The position numbers were made by a program, and so were the translations under genes. This document shows positions 13,360 through 25,994 of a stretch of DNA of 64,000 bases, one piece after another. The stretch covers positions 12,338,001-12,402,000 of the forward strand of contig CM069164.1 in the NCBI GenBank assembly GCA_035221665.1, given 5' to 3'. This DNA comes from Okamejei kenojei. Its lineage: Eukaryota. The number at the start of each line of letters is the position of its first letter. Position 1 is the stretch's first letter. The notes under the pieces were generated by a model that saw nothing but the letters and a program-made list of their open reading frames with translations, was not told the origin of the DNA and made no database searches.

Positions 13360-13680
13360 AGTGAAAGGCCTGGATAGAATGAATGTGGAGAGGATGTTTT
13401 CACTAGTGGGAGTCTAAGACCAGAGGCCATGGCCTCAGAATAAAAGGATGTACCTTTTAGAATGGCAATAAAAAGGAATTTATTTCATCAGAGGGTGGTG
13501 AATCTGTGGAATTCATTGCCACAGATGGCTGTGGGGGCCAAGTCAATGGATATTTTTAAGGCAGAGATTGACAATTCTTGATTGCTAAGGGTGTCGGGGT
13601 TGTGGGGCAAAGGCAGGAAAATGAGTTTGAGAGAGGAGTAGACTTGATGGACCGAATGGCCTTATTCTGCCCTGAGAATT
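13360..13680 (+). mobile_element. CR1 LINE 3' fragment
   Basis: Similar to the other CR1 3' ends in the window (CAGAGGGTGGTGAATCTGTGGAATTC; CCGAATGGCC). Confidence 0.8.
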
Positions 13681-15639
13681 GTTAATCAAACCTAGTTCTG
13701 ATATTATTTGTGAAACATCATGTCAATCAACTGTGAATGGGAATACTACTGGATCTATATGGGGTAATGTTATGTGTCCAGACTGCTTACCAATGGAAAA
13801 GCTTCATTATAAGCATAACAAGAGCACGAAGGAAATAGATTTCTTCTGTGCTTTATATTCAGATACCTACAACACTACAACATATACATTCCATATTGCA
13901 TGCACAACAATGTATTAGGGAAAACAAAATCAGATTTTAAATGAAAACAGTAAGGAGTTATCATTAAATTCACAGACCACGAGCTTCTCTTCTTTTTTTG
14001 GGGGGGAACAGCTTCTGACATTTAACGTACAGTTGATAGAAACATAAAATTGTAATTACCAATCCTTGTCAACCAATAGGTTTGTGTTGTTCTACATAAC
14101 ATTTATTCAAGAAATTTGCCATTGGATTTAATGAAGATGAATTGATGTTGCTTTGAAAACATTGTCATTTAAAATATATAGTGCATCCCTGTAAATATTA
14201 GAAAAATAATAACAGAAAAATCTGACCATTCAACACGAAAGGTTTTAAGAAATTATTTAAATGATAAGACTATTGCTTTTGTTTTAATCATTTACTGAAA
14301 AACTACATAATTAAAATTACAAATGTTCTATTTAAAAATGACAGAAATAAAATGCATCCCACGATAAGTATTAATTCTGTGATTAGTGATTCATGAGGTA
14401 CTTATGCATTGTAAAGCATAAATTATTTAGGAAGAAAAATCACATTAATTTTATTGTTACTCAGATATTTATAGGGGTGGCAGAAACAATTATATAACCC
14501 CTGAAGCATTTAAATTCAAGTCCAATCATTAGCAGAGGCCAAACCAATTTTGTTTGGTGCACTGGCCTAACCTGCTGTGTCTTGGTGTTTCATATTTTTC
14601 TCACATTTTTCTGTATGAAAGATATGTTGTAGGACATTGTCATGGGTGCATCTTTTTCACAAATTTATGCTTTTAAGTAAGACAAAATACTTTGGGCACC
14701 AAAGATGAAAATATCAGCAAAGAAAACCATTGCATATTTCAACAACTTTAATTGTCTGTTTCAACACGTAATAAACATTGTTTATTAATGTAATTGAACA
14801 GGACACTAAGCTCTATGAATATTAATGCTGGGCCTGATTTTTCAGTATATTGACGGAATGGGTTGAGTATAGTCCAAGTGTCATGTTAATCCATTCTGTT
14901 TTAAAACATTCCATTAATGAGCAAATGCAGAATTGTATTTGACTCTACGGCCAGGTGGACCTTGAAAGTCATAGGCTTGATCCGTGAACTATTCTGTTGG
15001 CTGATCACCACAAGGGCAGACAGGAACATAAACTGTTTCCATGTCCCCTGGACTTGGGTGATAAATGCTGATGCATTGTATACTAGATTACCACTGCCCT
15101 CACCCAAGTGACTCTTTTCATATATAAGCTCTGTCAGCATTGGAGAGCTATGGAGGCGTCACATTTAACCCACTATTCTCGACTGACATTTGCATGTGTT
15201 TTCTGTTTAAAGAATAATTACACTCTAAAATTGATTATTTGGAAAAGTAGTTCTTTCATGTTCTTCACCAACTTTCTCTGCTCTCCATCATCTAAGCCAA
15301 AAACATATTCTTCCAACCCTTCCATCTCGAGGATCTATCCTGCTTCCTCATAAGCATGTCAGCGCTATTCACCTTATACACTCCACATTCACTGTGGCAG
15401 AGTTTAGCATTCGATGGACTTTGCAGATAAAAACGTGTCTGCTAAATGTATTTTTGAGATGGAAGTCAGAATTAGGAACTCTGCAAATGAGTTTAACCAA
15501 ACCAGTGGGGAAAATCCAGGAATCAGCAGCAGAGTACTCTGAAATCAGTGGAGAGTAATATTTGATAAAATGTAGCTCTCACAATCCCATTTCTTTCATG
15601 CCCAGCATGTTAGGTTAAAAATTTCCCCTATTATATCTT

Positions 15640-16960
15640 ACTTACCAACTCACTCACTTAATATTATAGACTCAAGGTCCAGATAAAACACAAGACATTA
15701 CATAGAATAAATTACATACAAAAGCACAATACATTACATGCAAAAGCACAATTCATGGTTTTAAGATCAAGAATTTAAAAAAATCAGTGACCTACAACAA
15801 GCCAACTGTACCAATTTCCCCTTGTCTAACACCATTGCTAACCCCAAATGGGGCTGAGCCACTATTGCCTCATTTTACTTGCATAGTCTAGTGGGCATAC
15901 CAGTAAGCCAGAATTCTCACAATGTATTTAGGCACCCCTCTTTGACTCAATTTAACAAACAACTTTCTATGATTGACACAATCACATGCTTTGGAAGCAT
16001 CAATAAAGCACATAAGAATTGATGAGTTTTTACCTCTATATTTGTTTCCAATTTCCTTTAAGGCATATACATGTCAGTGCCATGTTTAGCTTTAAAACCA
16101 AACTGGTTATCTGTAGAATTAACAAACTCATTTAATCTATCCAGCAGAATTCTTTCTAGGACTTTTGACAGTATGCTGGCTAAAGCTATGGGCCTGTAAT
16201 TATTTAAGCTGCCTACATTACCAGCTTTGTCCTTAATGACTGACACTAACAGAACAGACAACATTGAGTCTGGTAACAAATCATGAATCATAAAGCCAGT
16301 AAAACAAATAGCAAGGAGAGGAGCTATCCTCATACTGGCATATTTAAGATGTTGAGCAGAAGTATGATCTAAAGGGCCTGTCCCACTTGGGTGTTATTTG
16401 CATGTCATTTACGCTACATTTAAGCGTCACAATGCGCTCGTGAAGCGCGCGTGGTGACGTAGGCAGTGATGTGCGGTCGCGCCCCAGGATTTTGGGATGT
16501 ACAAAATCTTTGTGTGACGCGGAAATGACACCCAAGTGGGCCCTTAAGCCACTTGCTTTGTTGTCGGACAGCTTGTTCATAGCTCAATACACCTCATGTG
16601 ACATAATCACCATGGAATCATTACTCTCAATATTGTCCACCCTATACAAATCACTTTGGACACAGTTGAATAGAGTGCTGTCGCCATAACTCCGCGATAT
16701 TAGCTGTTCCGGAGATTCCATCTACAGTGCATGGTAGAGATGTTTTGCGGTCATTACGAACTCTTGCTTCTTTCCAAAAATCAGTAGCATTGTTATTTAG
16801 CAGCGTCTTAGTCATGGAATCAGCCCTCATGGCTTAAATAAATCCATTGATTTAATGGTTTTATATTCTTGAATCAAAAGCTCCCAGGTACAAGCCCATT
16901 ACTGGACCTAAAGTAACGGGCACATCATCTGCTAATGTGTTGTATTTACAGGAAACCCAA
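15640..16960 (-). mobile_element. RTE-X-like non-LTR retrotransposon fragment (RT region, internal deletion, 3'UTR with simple-repeat tail), split by a MITE
   Basis: NYRPIALASILSKVLE, QFGFK and DASKA motifs; KASGL|DHTSAQHLK is interrupted at 16373-16544. Clade assignment is from recall. Confidence 0.7.
16373..16544. mobile_element. PIF/Harbinger-type MITE, 172 bp, TAA target-site duplication
   Basis: Left TIR AGGGCCTGTCCCACTTGGGTG; right TIR CACCCAAGTGGG-----CCCT (5 nt deleted); TAA at 16370-16372 and 16545-16547. Confidence 0.8.
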
Positions 16961-16984
16961 CTGTATCAGAACAATCTTAAAGTT

Positions 16985-17250
16985 TAGAGAGAGAGACAGC
17001 ATGGGAACAGGCCCTTCAGCCCACTGAGTCCACACCAACCATCAATCATCCGTTCACACTTATTCCATGTTATCCCACTTTTTCATCCAGTCCCTACACA
17101 CTTGGGACATTTAATCCACAAGCCCACACATCTTTGGGATGTGGAAGGAGACTGGAGGCAGCCCACATGGTCACTGAGAGAACGTGAAAACCACACAGAC
17201 AGCACCTGAGGTCAGGATCTACCAGCTGCGCTACTGCGCTGTCCCTAACG
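16985..17250 (-). mobile_element. HE1/V-SINE-type SINE
   Basis: Reverse complement has a tRNA-like head, V-core and the CR1-derived tail GGGCTGAAGGGCCTGTT. Confidence 0.75.
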
Positions 17251-17284
17251 GCACTATTGAGAGAAAAGCAGGAAACCTCAACCA

Positions 17285-17660
17285 ATAGAAACATAGAAAA
17301 TAGGTGCAGGAGTAAGCCAGTCGGCCCTTCGAGCCTGCACCGCCATTCAATATGATCATGGCTGATAATCCAACTCAGTATCCTGTACCTGCCTTCTCTC
17401 CATACCACCTGATCCATTTAGTCATAAGGGCCACATCTAACTCCCTCTTAAATATAGCCAATGAACTGGCCTCAACTACCTTCTGTGGCAGAGAATTCCA
17501 CAGATTCACCACTCGCTGTGTAAAAAATGATTTTCTCATCTCGGTCCTAAAAGACTTCCCCCTTATCCTTAAACTGTGACCCCTTGTTCTGGACTTCCAC
17601 AACATCGGGAACAATCTTCCTGCATTTAGCCTGTCCAACCCCTTAAGAATTTTGTAAGTA
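17285..17660 (-). mobile_element. CR1 (HER1-like) LINE 3' end
   Basis: ORF YKILKGLD...RTRGHSL...FFTQRVVNLWNSLP followed by a 3'UTR and TTTCTATG tail. Confidence 0.9.
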
Positions 17661-19689
17661 ACACTGGACAACATTGGTTGTCAGCATTACTGTAATGTAT
17701 CAAATTATCATTTGAGATGAAAACAAAGAATATTAAGGATAATCAGCAAGCCATGCATTATCTATGTATTTAAAAACAGATTTGAAATTGACAACCGTTT
17801 TTCATTTTACTTTTCCACTGTATGTTTTTCTCTCTCTACTGCCCTCATTCAACTTCCTCCAGTTTACAGATCTTCAGATAGATCAGCCACAATTAACATT
17901 TCATTTTCCTCAACGATACTTACGTGACACTTGGATAACCTTGGTCTCTACCTTTGCACAGGCATTTCCTTTGTTCTATTAATTTCTTCCTCTCTCTGCA
18001 ACTTAAACATGACTTATTTAATCATAGCTCCAGTTCTGATGAAAGATCATCAACCATAAATGTTTCCTCCTTCCATGGATGCTGCCTGGCCTGTTGAGTA
18101 TCTGCTGCACTCTCCGTTTTTTGTTACAGATTTCCAGCATGAGCAATATTTTAGTCATCAAAAGATTGAATCGCTTAATGCAAATTGACTGCCAGGTTTG
18201 TCTACACACTTTGAAACTGGCTATGAAAAATTAATTCTATACCCTTTCTCCATGTAAGCATTGTGTAGGAGGCAGATCATTTGGTGTTCTTATTTAAAAC
18301 AGATTTTATAACTGAGTTTTGGCAAATGCAGGATAGTCTGCAATTTTCTTTGTCATTTGGGAATTGTTAACCTTTTTATTTCCTTCTTTATTGTTCACTG
18401 TGCACAGTCTCAATTTTATTATGTACACAAATCTATAATAAATTTTGCAGGAAATTATCTCAGGCTAACAATATATAATATTTGTTCTTGGCTAGTTATT
18501 ACAACATTCATCCATTGCCTGATTCAGTTCTGAAATGTTAAAAGTATTGCCCATGTCTCGATGAGCCAGAAAAATAAATAAGCTCAAATGACTACATTTA
18601 ATTATTAACCTTATTATTGTGACTGGGACTTGGGGAAGTCTCTCATGCAACAAGATCAGAAAATATAAAGCAGAAATATAGTGATTAAGGTCCCTGTTCT
18701 ATCGATTGTCTAGCTTAAGTAATTTTTCATTACTTACATAAGATTTAATCAGGAATAGTATTTAAAGATCTCTGCTTGGCACAAGTCATTAGCATGTAAT
18801 TGAACTCAGAAGAAAGACTGTTAAACCTATGTTGATTACCACCTTATCTTTGAAAGGCAATTTAGACTTTCAATCAGAGCGACAGGTTTGATTGTGTAGC
18901 CCTTATTGGACATTGATCTCTTGGCAAACCGCAGTTACATTTTCCGTTAATTTACAGTTACATGATTTCAACTCCGATACCCAATACAGTTGACCCAGGC
19001 AATGTGTAATACTAAGCAGCTGTTTAGTTTAAGGTTCTGTAGCAATCATGACTATTAAACTAGAGAGCACAGAAGGCCGGCTGTAACCTGATCATCCGGG
19101 ACAGTTTAGGATTAAGCGCCTTGAGATAATTTTTCCATGTTAAATATGTTGTTTAAATACAAATTCTAATTCAAGTTTAGACCCCTTCAACACCACAGGA
19201 TCACATGGATTCTGAGTGCATAGTAACATCATTCAAGATGTTCTTGTGATTTTAAAAAACATTATTAATAATAAAACTTGGAAACTGGAGCAACTATTTC
19301 TGATCTTAAAATATATACCTTTTCAAAATGGTTGTCTTGAAGCAAATGAAACTTGAGGACTTAACAGGGTAAATGAAGAGAGGATATTTCTCTTGGTTAA
19401 AATGTCTATAATCTTGCAAAATAAGAAGTTGGTGATTCAGGACAGAGATGGGATGGGACAGAAGGTAGTAAATCTTTAGAACTTGCTCAGTATGACTGTG
19501 GAGATTCAGTTGTTGAGTATATTCAAGAATAGATTTTAGATATTAGGAAATTCAAGGAATGTGGGAATAATACTAGAATGTGTGCTGAGCTGAAATATCA
19601 ACCACGATCTTATTGAATGCTAGAGTAGATATGAAGGGATGATTGGCCGTCTTGTTTGCTTTTTAAAGATATGTGCTTCACAGCAAGGA

Positions 19690-19880
19690 ATTGTGTGGGT
19701 TTGGCGTACTCCCTTTTACTTCACACCGAGATTTGAGCCCATAATTTAGGCTAACAGTACAATGCAAAGCAAATACAGTGCTGTCAGAGGTGTTGTATTT
19801 GGGACAATACATTGATGTACATGGATGCAGCAATCCATGGGTTTTTGCACATGACTATCAAGTTGCTGTCACATCTGGTC
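19690..19880 (+). mobile_element. Degenerate Deu-SINE (SacSINE1/AmnSINE1-like) remnant
   Basis: TTGAGCCCATAATTTAGGCTAACA...CTGTCAGAGGTG resembles the recalled Deu-SINE 5'/core region. Confidence 0.45.
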
Positions 19881-20966
19881 CTGTCATCGCCCTGTGTTTG
19901 CCATAATACTGTGGAACTAGTATAAAGTTATTCAGAGGCTAAGCCTTTTGCTTAACAATTACATTTTGGCTGATTTTTGTGGCAACAATTATCAGCTTTA
20001 ATTCCATAACTTTTCATATCCATGTCTAATAAGAATGTTTAATACATTCTGTTTTTAAATTTTAGCTGACCGTAATTCACAGTTTGTTCAAGAAAACATT
20101 CAATATTTGCTCTGTTCTTTATTCACCAAATTTGATGGAGTCGAATCAGTTCCTCAACTAATGGCATGGCTAGAATTAGCTGACCACATAGGAATAGTCA
20201 AATCTGAGACCTATTGGATCCATATGAAGGAGCCATACTGGACATGGCTTTAACTACATCCATTGAAGGAACAGCAATCAGGCTTATCCTGAAACAACCT
20301 AAATCATAAATTGCATGAAAAAGTATTAAGCCATTCTGACACTTCATTCAAAGGATATTTAATGCTGACAACCAAAGACTTATTATCAGTGTCTTGGAAA
20401 TGCAATCCAGCACAAACTTACTTCCATCATCTCGTATAGCTTACTCCTGTTTCAGTATTGTGAAATTAGTTGTGACTGAATACTAGAGAGTAAAGAAGCA
20501 ATGAATATAGGATATCTCACCAATGATACTGTGTTCCCAGTATTCCTTCGTGAATATAATGATCCTATAATTCAGGTTCACTGGGACTTGAACAAAAAAC
20601 AGTGTCAAATTGCCGTGCTTTATATCCATCGATATACTGTGGCTGAATCCCTATCCTTAAATATTTTACTAATTTTCTTCAAATAAGACATGCACATTTG
20701 AGGTTGGCTAACTGACCACAGAAATGTGGTCAAACCTGAAGCCTTTGTGGTCTACGCCATTATCACCACTGAGGAAGTAAACCAGTGAATTCTTGCATTG
20801 TAGTTTCTATCGAAAGAGTAGTTAATGGAGATATTTATGGAAATATACCATATAATATTATTTTTAATGGAGAAAATATGCATTAAAAGTACAAGAAAAA
20901 TGATCCAATGCCAAAATGAAATATCATACCTGTAAGCTTACAGATATCGAGGACAATATTCTGTCA

Positions 20967-21212
20967 GTGTAGGAAGGAACTGCAGATGCTGGTTTAAATA
21001 TAAGATAGACACAAAAATGCTGGAGAAACTCAGCGGGACAGGCAGCATCTCTGGGGAGAAGAAATGGGTCACGTTTCGGGTCGAGACTTCTTCTGACTTT
21101 AGACAGAATCTGAAGAAGGGTCTCGACCTGAAAGATCACCCATTCCTTCTCTCCAGAGATGCCTCCTGTCCCGCTGAGTTACTCCAGCATTTTATGTCTA
21201 ACTTCGATTTAA
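20967..21212. mobile_element. 246-bp palindromic Penelope-pLTR-derived element with 12-bp TSD and a hammerhead-like core
   Basis: AATATTCTGTCA at 20955-20966 and 21213-21224; the arms are inverted copies of the pLTR seen at 4500, 40930 and 52110; CTGAAGA..GAAA core at 21110-21137. Confidence 0.85.
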
Positions 21213-21553
21213 AATATTCTGTCATTTGACATGAGAAAACTCCACATTTTTCTGATGTGTAAGTACTTCATTATTGGTTTGTAAATTAAAAGGGAATATA
21301 TCTCCTGAACAGAGCACAGGTCCATGCTATGGGAAGTCTTGTGTTTTGCAAGAAAGCTGACCCCAAGAATGCGGGATGGAAAATGGGCAGTCAAATGTCT
21401 TGTTGCAATTTAGGTGACATCGGTCGTTCTCTATAGTATTGCTCAAGGTGAGACACTTTTGAAGCATGGTTTTAAACAAAAAGACTCAGTAACACTGATT
21501 TCTCCTCTCAGAAATAGCTGAAATAGTGATTGGTGCAAAGCACCTCAGTGGCT

Positions 21554-21689
21554 TCTTCTTCTTTCGTGTGGAGTGCACAGCCTAAAGTTGTTGGACAACT
21601 TGGTCTATTTGATCTCCGTTTCTGCACGTCGAGTTGATTGCATTAGTCGAAACAGGGCGGATCACGTGAAGGTTGCAATCTTCCACCCC
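21554..21689 (-). mobile_element. ~135-nt non-autonomous retroposon (possibly Ingi/Vingi-related) with (GAA)n tail and 12-13-bp TSD
   Basis: (C)ACCTCAGTGGCT at 21541-21553 and 21689-21701; minus-strand tail ACACGAAAGAAGAAGA; 3' stem-loop AAGTTGT-CCA-ACAACTT at 21585-21601. Confidence 0.85.
21636..21689 (-). ncRNA. Minimal HDV/CPEB3-like self-cleaving ribozyme (54 nt) at the 5' end of the retroposon
   Basis: GGGGUGG-AA-GAUUGCA-ACC-UUCACGU-GAU-CCGCCCU-G-UUUCGA-CUAA-UGCAAUC: 7-bp P1 with G1.U wobble, 7-bp P2, P3 with one C.A mismatch, L3 UUCACGU, J4/2 CUAA. Confidence 0.8.
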
Positions 21690-23389
21690 ACCTCAGTGGC
21701 TAAAGGGACAATGATTTGGTTCTACAAATCCGGTTATACAAAAAACTGCCAGTGAACACAAGGATTCAAAGTAATACATTCTCTATTCCAGTTATGATCA
21801 AGTTTCGTCAAACTAGCTGTCTCTCAATGCTGATGACAAAAATACATTTGTCAATCTGGAACCATTTTGTGTGAAGAGAACCACCAATCTTATCGAATGA
21901 ACCTGTTGCTATTTTTAGAAACATTTAATTTATTTTTTCATGGAGAGAAAATAGTCTATGGTAGTTCAATTAAAGTGTCAGCCTGATGGGATGCGGTCAT
22001 AGTTTATATGTAAGAAATACTGTGGGGACTTGAGTTGTTCTCTCAATTACATCAGACAGGTGGTGAGCAGGTTAGTTTTCAGACACTTACATTATGTTGT
22101 TGGAACAGACACGGGGCTCCCATGATGATAAACTTTACGTCTTTCCAACAGGTGATTGTTGGAAACTACAATTATGTTTTGTTAAACTGCTTAGCAGGAT
22201 GGTTTACACATTACTCAATGACATTGAGTTGGGGTAAAAATGGTGCTGATTCCTCCATCACAAACGTACTGTTCCACAGAAGTAAATAAAATGGGATTGA
22301 AGCAGACACAGATCCCATTTTCAGCCTATTGCTCCATTTGCAAGATCAAAAAGGTTTTAAGTGCAATCTGCTGAGAGGTAGTGGTTGGGAGAACCGCCAT
22401 CTTCATATTCTTGAATGTTTAAAAAATCATATTCTTGCTCGTGAGGAACTTTGACACAATCTCAGAACATTCTGACTAGGTAAAATACCACATGGAACCT
22501 GAAGCATTTCTGTTGCATGTATCGGGTCCAGACTTTCCAGTTAAGAGTTATAGCATGTCCATATAGTCATTATTCATCCTGTGAAGCTGCTTGGGGAGCC
22601 CCCGTAAATAGTAGCAGGAACCGTCAATCCTCCTCAAACATCAGTAAAAGATGGACATAAAATCTTATCTTACAAAATCAAAGAAAATTTACAATACAGA
22701 AGGACACTCAAGATGCAACTTTTCTTCATGTACTCCTCCCAATTTATCCTGTCTTCCTGTTTATTTAAGCCCTCTTAGTTTAATGCATAATTTATTCAAA
22801 ACTTATATCCACATAACCTCTTGTTTTGGGGAAAAAAAACATTTGCTCCAATTTACTTGGCTGTAATTTTGCAGTCTTTCCTAACATCCTTAAGTCTTTT
22901 CAGCACCCTCTCCATTGTAATTGCAATCTTTTCTATAATATGGCTACTAAACCGTTTGTAATGTTAAAGTGGTGGTCAATTAGTATTGTCTGCAGTTCTA
23001 TCGTAACTTTCCTGCCTTTATATTCTGGGGGCACATAAAAATTGCTGATGTTGGAACCTTAAGCAAAAAAACTAAGTGCTGGAGGAACTCAGCAGATCAG
23101 GTAGCATCTGTGAAGGGAATAAACAGGTGACGTTTTAGTTGGGGAGTCTGCTTTTACATTCTATATTGTATTCTATCGCCTCAACACAAAGTACAACATT
23201 CTGATGCCTTTTAAGCGCCATTTGACATCTGTTATCTTTAAGGACCTTTGGACATACACTCCCAAGATTCCTTTGTTCATCTACATAACTGTATTCTTCC
23301 ATTTATTCGCTGCCTTTAGTACGTTCAAAAAAAATCCTTAAATAACTCAAATTTTCATCTTTTAAGGCCAAGACTTTCGGTTTAAAGGC

Positions 23390-23735
23390 TTGGAAAGAGT
23401 GGAAGTGGAGAGAATATTTCCACTAGTGGGATAGTGTAGGAGCAGAGGTCATAGCCTCAGAATTAAAGGACGGTCTGTTAGGAAGGGGATGAGGAGGAAT
23501 TTCTTTAGTCAGAGGGTGGTGAATCGGTGGAATTATTTGCCACAGAAGGCTGTGGGGGCTGTCAATGGATATTTTTAAGGCAGAGATAGATTCTTGATTA
23601 GTACGGGTGTCAGGGGTTTATGGGGAGAAGGCAGGAGAATGGGATTAGGAGGAAGAGAGAGACCAGCCATAATTGAATGGAGGAGTAGACTTGATGGGCC
23701 GAATGGCCTAATTCTGCTCCTATTCCTTATGACCT
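23390..23735 (+). mobile_element. CR1 LINE 3' fragment
   Basis: CAGAGGGTGGTGAATC..GGAAT and GGGCCGAATGGCCT 3'UTR motif. Confidence 0.8.
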
Positions 23736-25994
23736 GAAAGAAAATTTCCTGAAAGATTTTTTACATTCCCATATTTTTATCTCCTTTATTGCAACACCAA
23801 CAAATGCTGGAACTGATGCTTTTGCTTTTCAGTACTGTCTTTACTATTATGGAAGTCAGAGTATCAGTCATACTGTGAAAATGGGCCTTTGGTCAATCAA
23901 GTCCATAATGGCAAAATCTTATTAAAATGTTCCACTCTTTAAGCTGCTTCTTTGCTAGAAATCCCTTTCGGCATCACAGTCTACATTAGGAAGTTTGGTT
24001 CGTGATTAATCATACTTGCAAAAAACGGAGAATGTATTCCTACTGCTGAATATAGTGGCGGTTACAGATTTCATTCACTCTAATCTCAACCTTGAATGCA
24101 TCAGTGAGCACAAAGTACTAATTAATATTTCCGCTTGATGTAACTTTATCAGAAATGAATAAGAGAGAAAGGTAGTTTTGAATTGCACCGAGGGTGTGGG
24201 AGGCAGGCAAAGGAAGTATCTCCACGAGGGTGTGGCCATTGTTGCGATGTGCATAAGGTAGAGATCTCCTTATTGACAGATTACTGTGGACCGTTGGAGA
24301 ACACTGACAATATGACATGGAACCTATGAAATAGTCATTTGGAGAGAGAGGCAGAACACAAATAAAGGAGTTGTAAAATAAGATCTACCCAGCAGATCAG
24401 GCAGTGCTAATGGCGAAAGAAAAATTCAGTTAATCTTGCAGGTTAAATAAGAATGGTCCCTTATAATAGAGAGAGCAAGTTATCTTAAGTTTATGATTCC
24501 ACATTGAGTCTAGAAGATTGCACCATGCCTGAGATAATGTGCTGTTCCTCGTTGGGCCTCATTGTGTCAGTGCAAGAGATCACAGATAGATCTGAGTGGG
24601 AATGGAATGCAGAAGTAGACTGGCAGGCAACAAGAAGCATGTTCAACTCCACTGAATTTTAACTCACAATATTATGGTGCCTCCATCATCGTTTAGTCTC
24701 CATGCTCTCCAATTAGGTCCTTCCTTGATATTACTCTGAGTTCTAATCTTCATAAATCTGTTCCACAGAGCAATATTTATAATGGATTGACTGAACTTTA
24801 TTAGAAAAAGTTGTGATTATGGGAATAATTTATGATTCATTGTATGTATTCATTATAATTCATCAGGTAGCTCTTTCATAAGCTTTCATTTTATGCATGT
24901 TTTATCAAAAGTTAAATTAAAGGACAGCCTGGATCTCATAATTTTCACATTATAGAAAGCACTGTTAGCTGGGAACACTTTGCGTTCCCAATGGTGATTC
25001 TAATATATATTTTTTAAATTAACTCTACATTTACTTCTGTATTAGTAAAGGAGTGATATGTGTTCAGGCATAAACTCCCAGAAATAACTGACACGACTTT
25101 CTAGAAACAATAACACTTCAATTATTTTTCTTTAATTTGGCACTTTTTTATTAATTTTTGTGATGCATTCCTTCCCTTGACCTCTACTTAAATGATGTTG
25201 TGTTGTATAAGATTCTCTGATCATTAGTATTTTGTTCTTTCGCCATTGCGGTGAGTGGTCTTGTACAGGTAGATATTTTGAATGACTCCATCTGCCATTA
25301 TCCACTTTTGATGCCTGCATCACCTTCCAGCAGTCATGTACCAGGCAGGTAAGTTATCTGCACTAATTTATTGTGAGTTCTCAGCATTTGGATACATAGT
25401 TACTTAGATGGAAAATATTTAGAGGGCTATGGGCCAAACACAAGAAAATGGGATCAGTTCAGGTAGAAATCTTGGTTGGCAAAAATGAGATAGGGTCAAT
25501 GGGCATGTTTCCATGCAGTATAACTCTGACATTTCACTATTGTAAAATTGCGGAGGAGATTATATGTTATCTTTAAAAAAAATTAAAATTGAATAATTTT
25601 GATCAGAATTTAGTTTGGGCCACTATTCTTCAATACGCCATTGGCTAAATCTGACAACATGTGGATTTCCTGCAACTGTGTTCCCACTCATGTCACCTTG
25701 TCTTGAAATTCATATTGGTTTATTATCATCACATGCACAGAGATACAGTGGAAAAGCTTTGTTTCATGTGATATTGAGACATGTCATGACATACGCAAGT
25801 ACCTCTGGTAGTGCAAAAGAGAAAATAAACGGAGTGCAGAATATAGCTGCAGAGAAAGTGCAGATTTTTTTAAAAATGTGCAAGAACTGCCAAAAGGTAG
25901 ATTGAAAGATAAGGAACGTATTCCTAGCATATGAGAATACCATTCAAGAGTCTGATAACAGCTTGGAAAGAAGCTGTTGTTGAATCTGGATGTA

